A stretch of DNA of 64,000 nt, taken from IMG/VR virus record IMGVR_UViG_3300030101_003884; one strand, written 5' to 3'. Below, in pieces: positions 1-7,847 of the stretch (position 1 is the stretch's first letter; every line of letters starts with the position of its first letter). Made by a program: the position numbers and the translations under genes. Below the pieces are notes generated by a model that worked only from the letters and a program-made list of their open reading frames with translations, was not told the DNA's origin and made no database searches. This DNA comes from an uncultured virus (IMG/VR IMGVR_UViG_3300030101_003884) (Duplodnaviria; Heunggongvirae; Uroviricota; Caudoviricetes).

Positions 1-374
1 ACGTTTGCAGCTTTAACTTGCTTCGTATTTGCCATAGATCTTGCTAAAGCTCTTGTGTATCTTCCAGCAAGTCTATCGTATAGGTTATCTTCAATCGCTT
101 CTTCAGTGATAGAAAATGCTAAAGCAATTGTTTCGTGGTTGTATCTAGCTGTGAAAGTTTCACCTGCTTGATCAAACACTACTCCAGCACCTTCTTGTTT
201 AACTGGTGCAGAAGCAAAACCGCTTAACATTACTTCCTCTTCGAAAGCTCTGTCAGATGTTTCAGTAGCGAAAATTTCAGCATGCTGATTTTCGTATCTA
301 CTGTATTCCAGGCCGAATAAAGCATTCAAACCTGGCTCTAGTTCTTTAACTAGTTGTGATCGTGATATCGCCAT
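1..374 (-). CDS. Major capsid protein, N-terminal part (runs off window start)
   Basis: ATG at 374; near-identical to 61466-61839 (MAISRSQLVKELEPGLNALFGLEY...). Confidence 0.85.
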   Translation of the reverse strand, partial: MAISRSQLVKELEPGLNALFGLEYSRYENQHAEIFATETSDRAFEEEVMLSGFASAPVKQEGAGVVFDQAGETFTARYNHETIALAFSITEEAIEDNLYDRLAGRYTRALARSMANTKQVKAAN

Positions 375-389
375 AGTTATTCTCCTTTA

Positions 390-968
390 TTACGCTATAC
401 CTGTACCACTTCTAAAGAAGTGATTGTTGATTCTAACAAGAATATTCGCGTTAGCAGAAGATGTGTCAGAGTTATCTGGATCTTGACAAATATCAATCGC
501 TTGAATTGCGAAAGTAGTTGCAGTTCCTGATACCGATACATCAAGTTGCTGTTTCGATAATCCTGTTTGTGTTACACCAGTAGTGTTTGTAACAGAGTAG
601 TTCTTGTACAAATCTGCTCTAGTGAAAGCCGCATCAGCATCTACCAAGAATACTGCATCTGGATCATCAATGACGAAAGCAGTGATGTCAGAAGCAGCAA
701 TACCACCTGGGTAGAAATTACTGTAAGTTGGCTTTTGAGTAGTTGGATCTGTATAAAAACATCCGTTGAAAACGCCAATAACAGCATCTGATGTATTAGG
801 ACCGTGTCTTTGAATATTTCCAGTTCCTAATGGTTCAACCATTTCTCCTTGGAAAATCGCGTCACTGTATCCTGATGCAATCGTATATCTGTTTTGAGCT
901 CCTACTAATGGTGTACCGTCTAGTTTTCTGTACGGTCTAAGACCGAACTTTTCTTCTACGTTTGCCAT
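390..968 (-). CDS. Putative capsid-associated (decoration/cement) protein
   Basis: 192 aa, directly upstream of capsid gene, AGGAG RBS; second copy at 61855-62334. Confidence 0.6.
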   Translation of the reverse strand: MANVEEKFGLRPYRKLDGTPLVGAQNRYTIASGYSDAIFQGEMVEPLGTGNIQRHGPNTSDAVIGVFNGCFYTDPTTQKPTYSNFYPGGIAASDITAFVIDDPDAVFLVDADAAFTRADLYKNYSVTNTTGVTQTGLSKQQLDVSVSGTATTFAIQAIDICQDPDNSDTSSANANILVRINNHFFRSGTGIA

Positions 969-1030
969 AGTTGTTTTCTCCTATTATGTTTTAATTATCC
1001 AAGCTATCTCGGGTAGGTAATGCAAAAAAA

Positions 1031-1498
1031 TTATTTTTTACGACTACCACCAAAGGTAACTCTAGACTGTCTATCAATATTGATAGGCATGTCCGGGTGT
1101 TGTTCCTTCATAAGATCCCGATCTATCGCGTCTGTTCTGTCTTGAGTTATTTTTCTAAAATACTCAGCACGACTTTTCAATATCTCTTCTGGTATCCTTG
1201 CCAACACAAGGCCACCAATTCCGATGAGACCAGCATGTTTTCCTTCATGGATAACTGGGTAATCATTTTGACCTATTTCATTTAAAATGGTTTCGGCCTT
1301 TACAAATTCCCAACCTTCTCTAAGTTTTTTAGATACATTACCTGGATCTTCAAAACCATTAGCAGAAGTTCTTATCCATCTGTGCGCATAACCTTGCGGT
1401 GCAGCTGGCGCATCCAAACTGGATGGTGGAGTCCAATCTTTCTTTCTAGAAAGTTTTGTTCTAGATTCAGACTCGCGTGAAGTTTTGTAGTTTGTCAT
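1031..1498 (-). CDS. Conserved phage head-module protein
   Basis: 155 aa between scaffold and capsid genes; conserved in second copy. Confidence 0.6.
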   Translation of the reverse strand: MTNYKTSRESESRTKLSRKKDWTPPSSLDAPAAPQGYAHRWIRTSANGFEDPGNVSKKLREGWEFVKAETILNEIGQNDYPVIHEGKHAGLIGIGGLVLARIPEEILKSRAEYFRKITQDRTDAIDRDLMKEQHPDMPINIDRQSRVTFGGSRKK

Positions 1499-1499
1499 A

Positions 1500-2492
1500 T
1501 TAAGCTCCTTCCTTCACGTATTTTGCGTATTCCTCTAGTGGCACCCCTAATTTCTTAGCGATAACTACCTGTGATTTGGTGAGTTTCACAGACTTGCGTC
1601 CACCTGATCTACGACTAACAGAAGCTACGTTTTGGACGGGTTGTTTTGTAGCCTGTTCTACTTCAGTTGTAGATTGAGCAAATTTCTGAGGGAAATACTC
1701 CTTCATACGTTTGTTGATTTGATTATAGTATTCATCAGTCTCCGCGTCAATTCCCTCCTGCAGCAGGTCTTCATGTATTCCCATTGCAGCAGAAGTCATA
1801 ACTCTATCAGATCCAAACCATTCATTGTCAGAAGCCCATTCTTGAGCTCTATGACTAATTTGTGGTTGTGGAGCTTGTTGTTCTTGAGCAGGTTGTGATT
1901 CTACTTCTTTTTTCTTAGACTCTTTATCTGCAAGCGTCATAGAAACTTTTTCTTTTTCCACTGCTAGTTTAGTAAGGTTGTCTTGAGCCTCAGTAATTGC
2001 TTCTGGATCTTGGGATTCATAAGCAACTTTAAGAGCAGCTTTAGCTTTATCTCTTTCTGCGTCTATCCTAGCATTGTACTCTTTAAGATAATTTGTATCT
2101 GTCTCCTCAAATTTATTTTGAGCAGTTTCATACTTTTGTTTCAAACCTTTTGCGTAATCAACAGCAGCTCTTTCTCTTCTTTCTGCTTCTTTGATTTGAA
2201 ACGTCATCTTTTTAATTCTCTTTTGAACTTTATCAGAATATTGTTCTAAGTCTGAATCTTCAGATTTTTCTTCTTTTTGTTCAAATTGAGGTTCAACTTC
2301 TTTTTCTGTTTTAGTTTCTTGTAAAAGTTCTTTTGCAGTTTTTCCACCGCTAACATCTACGTATCCTAAATCTACATCTTGTTTTTTTTCAAAAGCTTCA
2401 TTTGATACTTCAGGAGCTTCTACACTTATTGTTTGTTCATTAACGCCATCAGTATCTATTTCTACTTCTGGACTTTTATTTTCTTCAGCCAT
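1500..2492 (-). CDS. Putative capsid scaffolding protein
   Basis: Acidic coiled-coil 330 aa with C-terminal AKKLGVPLEEYAKY helix; position in head module. Confidence 0.7.
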   Translation of the reverse strand: MAEENKSPEVEIDTDGVNEQTISVEAPEVSNEAFEKKQDVDLGYVDVSGGKTAKELLQETKTEKEVEPQFEQKEEKSEDSDLEQYSDKVQKRIKKMTFQIKEAERRERAAVDYAKGLKQKYETAQNKFEETDTNYLKEYNARIDAERDKAKAALKVAYESQDPEAITEAQDNLTKLAVEKEKVSMTLADKESKKKEVESQPAQEQQAPQPQISHRAQEWASDNEWFGSDRVMTSAAMGIHEDLLQEGIDAETDEYYNQINKRMKEYFPQKFAQSTTEVEQATKQPVQNVASVSRRSGGRKSVKLTKSQVVIAKKLGVPLEEYAKYVKEGA

Positions 2493-2502
2493 TTAATCCT
2501 CC

Positions 2503-2955
2503 TTAATAATGGTGCAAAATATCATTTGGATCAGATATAGTTGAAATGACTTCATCATCATTTAAAACTCTAACTTCACCACCATCTATTTTGAATCTTG
2601 AACCAGCGTACCTACTAAAAATTATCCAATCATTTAGTTTGCACCATGGTCCTTTAGGAAATTTTTCTTTGTCAAAGTAACAAAGGTCTCCCATTTTAAG
2701 CACAAGACCACACACTGTAGTCATCTGTATGGTTTCTTGAGTTGTATCAGATAAAATAATTCCACCTTTTGTTTTTTTTGGTCCTGCAAAAGGCAGAACT
2801 AAAAGTCTATAACCAGTTGGTGTAGGTAATTTATCTAATGTTGATTTATCGATCGCTTTTGGATCAAGGACTGTTTCTACTTCTTCTTTAGCCTTGTAGG
2901 CATCGAGAAGTGCTTCAGTCCGTTTCGGTGTCTCCGTGGACTTGTTCATCTTCAT
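2503..2955 (-). CDS. groES: Co-chaperonin GroES (Cpn10)-like protein
   Basis: PTGYRLLV, KKTKGGIILSD mobile loop, FSRYAGS, VLNDDEV motifs. Confidence 0.85.
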   Translation of the reverse strand: MKMNKSTETPKRTEALLDAYKAKEEVETVLDPKAIDKSTLDKLPTPTGYRLLVLPFAGPKKTKGGIILSDTTQETIQMTTVCGLVLKMGDLCYFDKEKFPKGPWCKLNDWIIFSRYAGSRFKIDGGEVRVLNDDEVISTISDPNDILHHY

Positions 2956-3133
2956 ACTCCGTTTGTGACAGCAGGTCTTTAAGACTCTGTTGCAGGTCCT
3001 CTAGTGACCTGATTTGACCCCTAACATATTGTAGTTTCTCAATAGTGTCAACACCATATATAGCGTGGTCTTTAAGTTTTTGAAGTTCAAGTTTTATTTT
3101 TTTTTGTACTAATGAAATTGTATCTATGTCCAT
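2915..3133 (-). CDS. Small conserved phage protein
   Basis: 72 aa, YVRGQIRSL motif, typical of genes upstream of phage groES. Confidence 0.6.
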   Translation of the reverse strand: MDIDTISLVQKKIKLELQKLKDHAIYGVDTIEKLQYVRGQIRSLEDLQQSLKDLLSQTEYEDEQVHGDTETD

Positions 3134-3136
3134 AGA

Positions 3137-3343
3137 TTATAATTTAAATTGTTGAAGCACACCAAGTTTTTCTTCTGCTGCGGAAATTTTTTCAACAAGT
3201 TTATCAATTTCATCTAAATGTTGTGGGTGTTCACCAATTCCAACTGGTTTTTCTAAATATATTTGTATAGTTGCATCAGCTTCAGATATTTGAGCGTTGT
3301 ATCTATCTTCCAAAGCTTGTAAAATAGTAGATCTTAGACTCAT
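3137..3343 (-). CDS. Small conserved phage protein
   Basis: 68 aa with PVGIGEHP motif, helical hairpin. Confidence 0.6.
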   Translation of the reverse strand: MSLRSTILQALEDRYNAQISEADATIQIYLEKPVGIGEHPQHLDEIDKLVEKISAAEEKLGVLQQFKL

Positions 3344-3377
3344 GAAGAATCTATATATTATTTAATAATTTTGTAAA

Positions 3378-3650
3378 TTAAAAAACGCCTTTAAAATTAG
3401 TACCCTTTATTGCAGCACCTGCACCTTTACAAACACCACCAGTTTTCATTCCTTTTGGTCTTTTTTTACTAAAAGGATCAGGTCTTCCCATACCTGCATC
3501 CCCATAAGCGCTAGTGGTTGTATCTATTCTTAAACCTGCAGGTATTTTTGTGTAATCATTTTCTTTTTTTTTTCTTTTTTTCGAAGGTCCAATTGTTTCT
3601 TTTGAACTTCTTTCTCTATTAGGGAATTTTTTTCTTTGTGGATAATCCAT
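3378..3650 (-). CDS. Lys-rich small protein with xxGG motif
   Basis: MKTGGV and C-terminal GTNFKGVF; TAATG overlap with upstream gene. Confidence 0.6.
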   Translation of the reverse strand: MDYPQRKKFPNRERSSKETIGPSKKRKKKENDYTKIPAGLRIDTTTSAYGDAGMGRPDPFSKKRPKGMKTGGVCKGAGAAIKGTNFKGVF

Positions 3651-3790
3651 TATATTTTTCCTTGTGCTTTTAATTTCTTTATATCACCTTTTGTAAGACC
3701 TGTTAAGTCCACTTTTGGTTTTACCGATGTAATATCTGGTGATATTCTTTTCGGCTTAAATAAGTTTTTTATCCATATCCATATTTTCAT
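3650..3790 (-). CDS. Small basic protein
   Basis: Probable start MKIWIWIK at 3790, directly after previous stop. Confidence 0.5.
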   Translation of the reverse strand: MKIWIWIKNLFKPKRISPDITSVKPKVDLTGLTKGDIKKLKAQGKI

Positions 3791-3791
3791 T

Positions 3792-4136
3792 TTACGTCCT
3801 AACGTTAGTTGGTTTAGGTCCTGTATTACCCGCTGCTCTTTTTCTGGCAACAGCAGAGGCCCTTTGCGACTTTGTCATTTGTGTGGCTTTTGCAAGTGGC
3901 ACGCACTTCGGATACTTCCGTTTTGTACCACTGGCAGATTTTCTTCCACACTCTTGATACTTGCCACCTTTTTTCTTTGCTCCAATATCTACCCATTTTT
4001 CTTGAAACCATTTAGTTAAACCACCAGTTTTCATTTTTTTTGTGCCTGCTGGAACACAATTGGGAACCATTTTGTTTCCCTTTTTTTTCATACCGGCTTG
4101 AACGTATCCCTCCCAACAAGTACCTCGTTTGTACAT
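3792..4136 (-). CDS. Basic protein: CWEGY...PNCVP module plus DUF5872-like module
   Basis: CWEGYVQAGMKKKGNKMVPNCVP, then KMKTGGLTKWFQEKWVDI...YPKCVP. Confidence 0.65.
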   Translation of the reverse strand: MYKRGTCWEGYVQAGMKKKGNKMVPNCVPAGTKKMKTGGLTKWFQEKWVDIGAKKKGGKYQECGRKSASGTKRKYPKCVPLAKATQMTKSQRASAVARKRAAGNTGPKPTNVRT

Positions 4137-4579
4137 TAGTATACGCCTTTGAAATTCATCCCCTGTACTGCCATACCACCACCTCTAACTTTAATAGATC
4201 TTAAAGTCTTTGCTTGTTTAGCATGTAAGCTAGAAGCCTTTTCTAATCCTTTTGCAACTTTAATAATTTTACCTTTATTGGCAGCTGTATATTTTAATTC
4301 ACCTTTTTTACCATATTCAGAAATAGGGTTTTGAATTTTTTTTTGATAATCTCTTCTTGCTTTTGGATCACCTGGAATTACTTTCTTTTTATTTTTTTTT
4401 ACTTCTGCATGCAGACCTTTATTAGCTTTCTTAGGTCCCCAATCTTTTCTTTTTGTTCCCGATGGGTCTTTTATTTTACCTGCACAAATTTTACTAGCAT
4501 ATGCATTCGCATATGCTGACGGATAAACTTTGAACTTACGTTTCGCTGCAGCTTTTCCTCTTGGGCATAATTTTGTCAT
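4136..4579 (-). CDS. Lys-rich protein
   Basis: KFKVYPSAYANAYASKIC motif; C-terminal GMNFKGVY. Confidence 0.65.
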   Translation of the reverse strand: MTKLCPRGKAAAKRKFKVYPSAYANAYASKICAGKIKDPSGTKRKDWGPKKANKGLHAEVKKNKKKVIPGDPKARRDYQKKIQNPISEYGKKGELKYTAANKGKIIKVAKGLEKASSLHAKQAKTLRSIKVRGGGMAVQGMNFKGVY

Positions 4580-4731
4580 ATCTGTTGCATCCTTTTATCT
4601 GTTGATAATATATTTTTTTCTGCTTTAGGTCTAGCCTGTGAGTCTTTACTTCTTTTACGAAGTTGAGCTACCGCTGAGTCCCTCAACAATCTTTCTTTTT
4701 TTGCTTTTTGTAAATCTCTTATTAAATTCAT
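4576..4731 (-). CDS. Small basic protein (51 aa, not in ORF track)
   Basis: MNLIRDLQKAKKERLLRDSAVAQLRKRSKDSQARPKAEKNILSTDKRMQQI; ATGA overlaps at both ends. Confidence 0.65.
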   Translation of the reverse strand: MNLIRDLQKAKKERLLRDSAVAQLRKRSKDSQARPKAEKNILSTDKRMQQI

Positions 4732-5108
4732 TTTTTACCTTTAAAAATTTGTGTTCCCTTGATACCATATATTGACGCCACGACAAGGATCCACAAATTT
4801 GTGAACCATGACGGGAGCTGCTGGAATTGTTCAAAGAACATTTTTATTTTTTCTGCTGATCCAGGATCGTCCGAGAAGACCCCCCAGGCAATCACCAATA
4901 TGGGCGCCGTGAGAACGAGCAACACGAACTCGTCTTTCCAGTCCGATTGTCTAGCTTCTAATAATTTGCCTTGGTACTCACTTTCCCCTCGGGCCATTTT
5001 ATCGGCATGCATTAGTTGTGCATCTGCCATTTTCATTTTTGTTTCTTGTTTTTTCTTATAGATGTGCGTTGCCGCATTTAATCCCAATTTTAGTGCACTG
5101 AACCACAT
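4728..5108 (-). CDS. Putative holin
   Basis: WKDEFVLLVL followed by two hydrophobic segments and a basic C-terminus. Confidence 0.65.
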   Translation of the reverse strand: MWFSALKLGLNAATHIYKKKQETKMKMADAQLMHADKMARGESEYQGKLLEARQSDWKDEFVLLVLTAPILVIAWGVFSDDPGSAEKIKMFFEQFQQLPSWFTNLWILVVASIYGIKGTQIFKGKK

Positions 5109-5424
5109 TGTATTTCTCCTGTCTTCTTTGACACATATATTTTATCATTTTATCAATACATTCGTAAGCCCTAGCACCGGATAACCGCCACCTCCAGGTT
5201 TGTGACCAATTTGGCTTTCTAATTCTTACTTTAAGAACACTTCCACCAAAAAAATTAGAAAATCTATCTAAAATGTCCTTATCACACATTTCAATACCAC
5301 ATTGAAATGATTTTCTTCCATTACCCTTACCCCAAACACCAAAACTTCCCTCACCATCAAAAAGACCAGCAAGAAAAAGTAATTTATTTTTTTCTGATAG
5401 CTTTTCGTAAGAATTTTTTTGCAT
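5056..5424 (-). mobile_element. Free-standing single-motif LAGLIDADG homing endonuclease
   Basis: LFLAGLFDGEGSF motif, MCDKDILDRF...FGG, RRQEK; likely start ATG 5424; overlaps both neighbours. Confidence 0.8.
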
Positions 5425-5506
5425 TTTTGAGTGTGATTCCCTGTGGATTTGGTCCTCTCTTTGGCGGTGGCCCCGATTTTTTCCCTCCACTTAATCCTTT
5501 TCTCAT
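5384..5506 (-). CDS. Small basic protein (40 aa, not in ORF track)
   Basis: MRKGLSGGKKSGPPPKRGPNPQGITLKNAKKFLRKAIRKK; ATGA-coupled to portal stop. Confidence 0.6.
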   Translation of the reverse strand: MRKGLSGGKKSGPPPKRGPNPQGITLKNAKKFLRKAIRKK

Positions 5507-7839
5507 TTTTGTTGTATTTTTTCCCTAGCTACTTCTAAACGTTCATCAGATTGCTGATCTTGCTGAGCTAATTTATCATATTCATATTCTAAACGTTGTG
5601 CAGCTCTTTGATTTTCTTGATCTTGTTTAAATCTTGTTTCTTCAGCTTTTCTTTGAAGATCCATAGCTCTTAAATCAACTTCTTGTTGTTTAATTTTTAC
5701 TAATGGGTCTTGTTTTCCTGCTTGTTGTTGCATTTCACCTTGTACAAGCTCTTGTGTAATACGCGCAGCAACTTTAGCAACTTCTGCCTCAAACATTATT
5801 TCAAATTGTTGCGGGTTTACTTGTGCCAATTGTTGCATTTGTGGATTTTCCATCATTACAGCTTTAACTTCTGCCTTTGCCTTGAATGAAACGTGGTCAG
5901 AAATATGTGATTGAAGTAATGCATACACTTGTGGATTAATTTGAACCATTCTTGATTGCATAAAAGCCATGTGTGCTGCTAAATGTGCATCATGATCTTG
6001 AAATTCAAACGCTGTTAACAGTTTCATTTGCAAAGCACGTGCATTTTCTTTTGCTGGATCCATGGGTTCAGGTTGTTTTGGTGGTGGTTTAAGTATTGCT
6101 TCTATTTGTTTAGTCCCAAGTGCCTCATAAACACGTCTGTACGCTTCATGAAGGTTATGCATTTGTGGATTAGACATTGCAATTTGTAAATTTTGTTGAG
6201 CAAGAGTCACTCTTTGTGCCATCGACATAATATTTGGGTCTGCAACAGGTAAAATATCGATTCTATTATCAAAATCTGAAGATTTTATTTGTCTTGGACC
6301 ACCATAAACGTCATAAGGATACTCAGGTGGTAGTGATTCAGCGCAAATTCTCGATAAAATTTTAAATTCTAAACGCATTGCATAGTAACAACGCTTGTGA
6401 ACACCACTCATCACACGTGATCCACGCTCCATCATTGCTATTGTTGTGCCAACAGCTCTATTTTGTGCATCATTGCCAATGTTGTTATCAGTAATTGCTG
6501 CAAATTTTTGTCCTGCTTGAACTACAAAACCTAAAAGATTGTACAATGTAACCGATGGCTCTGTAAAAGGTAAATTAAAAAACTGATCTCTTATGTTTCC
6601 ACCTGGTGCATCTACATCTCTGAACTCTCCAGGTTGAATTGGTTGGTCATCATCACGTACTCTGATTCCCCTAGACTTAAAACCAGCAGGTAAATTTTTA
6701 AGAGTACCTGCATCAATTAATTGTCTTAATGATTGAGTAGCTGCTTGAGACAGTCCACCAATCATATGAGTTAAACCGAAACCATAAAAACCTAATCCTG
6801 GAAGAAACTTATAATGAACAAAGTATTCTATTCGTGAATAATTAAGATCCCCAGGTCTATAGTTACGATAAATTGATAATATCTCTCCTGATCCTTCATC
6901 AATAGTTACAATGTAAGGTATTTTAATTTTTTTAGCTTTGTCATCAAAATCTTCATAATCATCAAGATTTAAATCAACATGCATTTCAAGAATATTATGT
7001 AAATAATCATCTCCTGTTTTTTTTATTCCTTCTAATTGATTTAATTTTTTTTCGACATCGTCTGGTTCAGAGTTAGATTCAATTAATTCTATATCTCTGT
7101 AAAAACCAGCAGCCATTTTTTTTGTGACTTCATTCTGAGTCATTTTAATGACGTGAGTAATTCTCTCACAATCTTTTAAATCTGATGCAAAGTAGGGCAC
7201 CACTAAATCTTCAGCAGGTACAAATTTTGAAACAGGTCTATCTAACAATGCATCAAAATAAATTTTTTTAAATGTAGAACCTGATAGTGGCAAATAAAAT
7301 AACATTTGATCCATGTCAGTTGTGTAATCTTCCATCTCTTCCATTAAAAGATAGTTCATATAGTCTTTGACTCTATCTGCTTGTTGTTCGTTAGCCGGTG
7401 TTACTAATCCTAAAACTTGTGTTCTTACAGGACCGTCAGATGGAACTAATTCTTTGTACGCTTGTGCTTGAAACTGTGTAACAGATTCAGCTAACAACGG
7501 ATGTGTGACACCGGAAGCTCCTTTGAATGGTTTTGTAACTTCCTGATATTTAGTTCCTAATAAATCTAAACCTTTGATGTATGCATCTTCCCAATCTTTT
7601 CTAGATGTTTTATCTTTTTTGTATTCTGCTATTAGTTCTCTAGCCATTGAACCTAGAGTTCTTTCGTCCATAGACTCTGCTAGGTTTGCATTAAAATCAT
7701 CTTCTAAAACTTTTTCTTCGTCTAAACCCTCTTCATCAACACTTACATCAATAGCACCCTCAACACCCTCGGGTCCTTCAATAATTTCTTCTTGTTCAAG
7801 AATATCTTCTGTTTGAGGTTCTTGTTTTTCTACTGCCAT
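5503..7839 (-). CDS. Portal protein
   Basis: 778 aa; GVTHPLLAESVTQFQAQAY, PGLGFYGFGL, IDAGTLKNLPAGFK; Q-rich C-terminal barrel as in P22-like portals. Confidence 0.85.
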   Translation of the reverse strand: MAVEKQEPQTEDILEQEEIIEGPEGVEGAIDVSVDEEGLDEEKVLEDDFNANLAESMDERTLGSMARELIAEYKKDKTSRKDWEDAYIKGLDLLGTKYQEVTKPFKGASGVTHPLLAESVTQFQAQAYKELVPSDGPVRTQVLGLVTPANEQQADRVKDYMNYLLMEEMEDYTTDMDQMLFYLPLSGSTFKKIYFDALLDRPVSKFVPAEDLVVPYFASDLKDCERITHVIKMTQNEVTKKMAAGFYRDIELIESNSEPDDVEKKLNQLEGIKKTGDDYLHNILEMHVDLNLDDYEDFDDKAKKIKIPYIVTIDEGSGEILSIYRNYRPGDLNYSRIEYFVHYKFLPGLGFYGFGLTHMIGGLSQAATQSLRQLIDAGTLKNLPAGFKSRGIRVRDDDQPIQPGEFRDVDAPGGNIRDQFFNLPFTEPSVTLYNLLGFVVQAGQKFAAITDNNIGNDAQNRAVGTTIAMMERGSRVMSGVHKRCYYAMRLEFKILSRICAESLPPEYPYDVYGGPRQIKSSDFDNRIDILPVADPNIMSMAQRVTLAQQNLQIAMSNPQMHNLHEAYRRVYEALGTKQIEAILKPPPKQPEPMDPAKENARALQMKLLTAFEFQDHDAHLAAHMAFMQSRMVQINPQVYALLQSHISDHVSFKAKAEVKAVMMENPQMQQLAQVNPQQFEIMFEAEVAKVAARITQELVQGEMQQQAGKQDPLVKIKQQEVDLRAMDLQRKAEETRFKQDQENQRAAQRLEYEYDKLAQQDQQSDERLEVAREKIQQK

Positions 7840-7847
7840 CTCAATCC

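Larger units (their letters stand above)
1..2654. repeat. Copy 1 of diverged terminal overlap (matches 61466-64000)
   Basis: Base 1 aligns to 61466 and base 2654 to 64000; same gene order with many substitutions and indels. Confidence 0.95.

Noticed and set aside
4728..5506. Group I intron hosting the LAGLIDADG gene
   Set aside because: Flanking genes are intact and overlap the endonuclease ORF, leaving no room for an intron core
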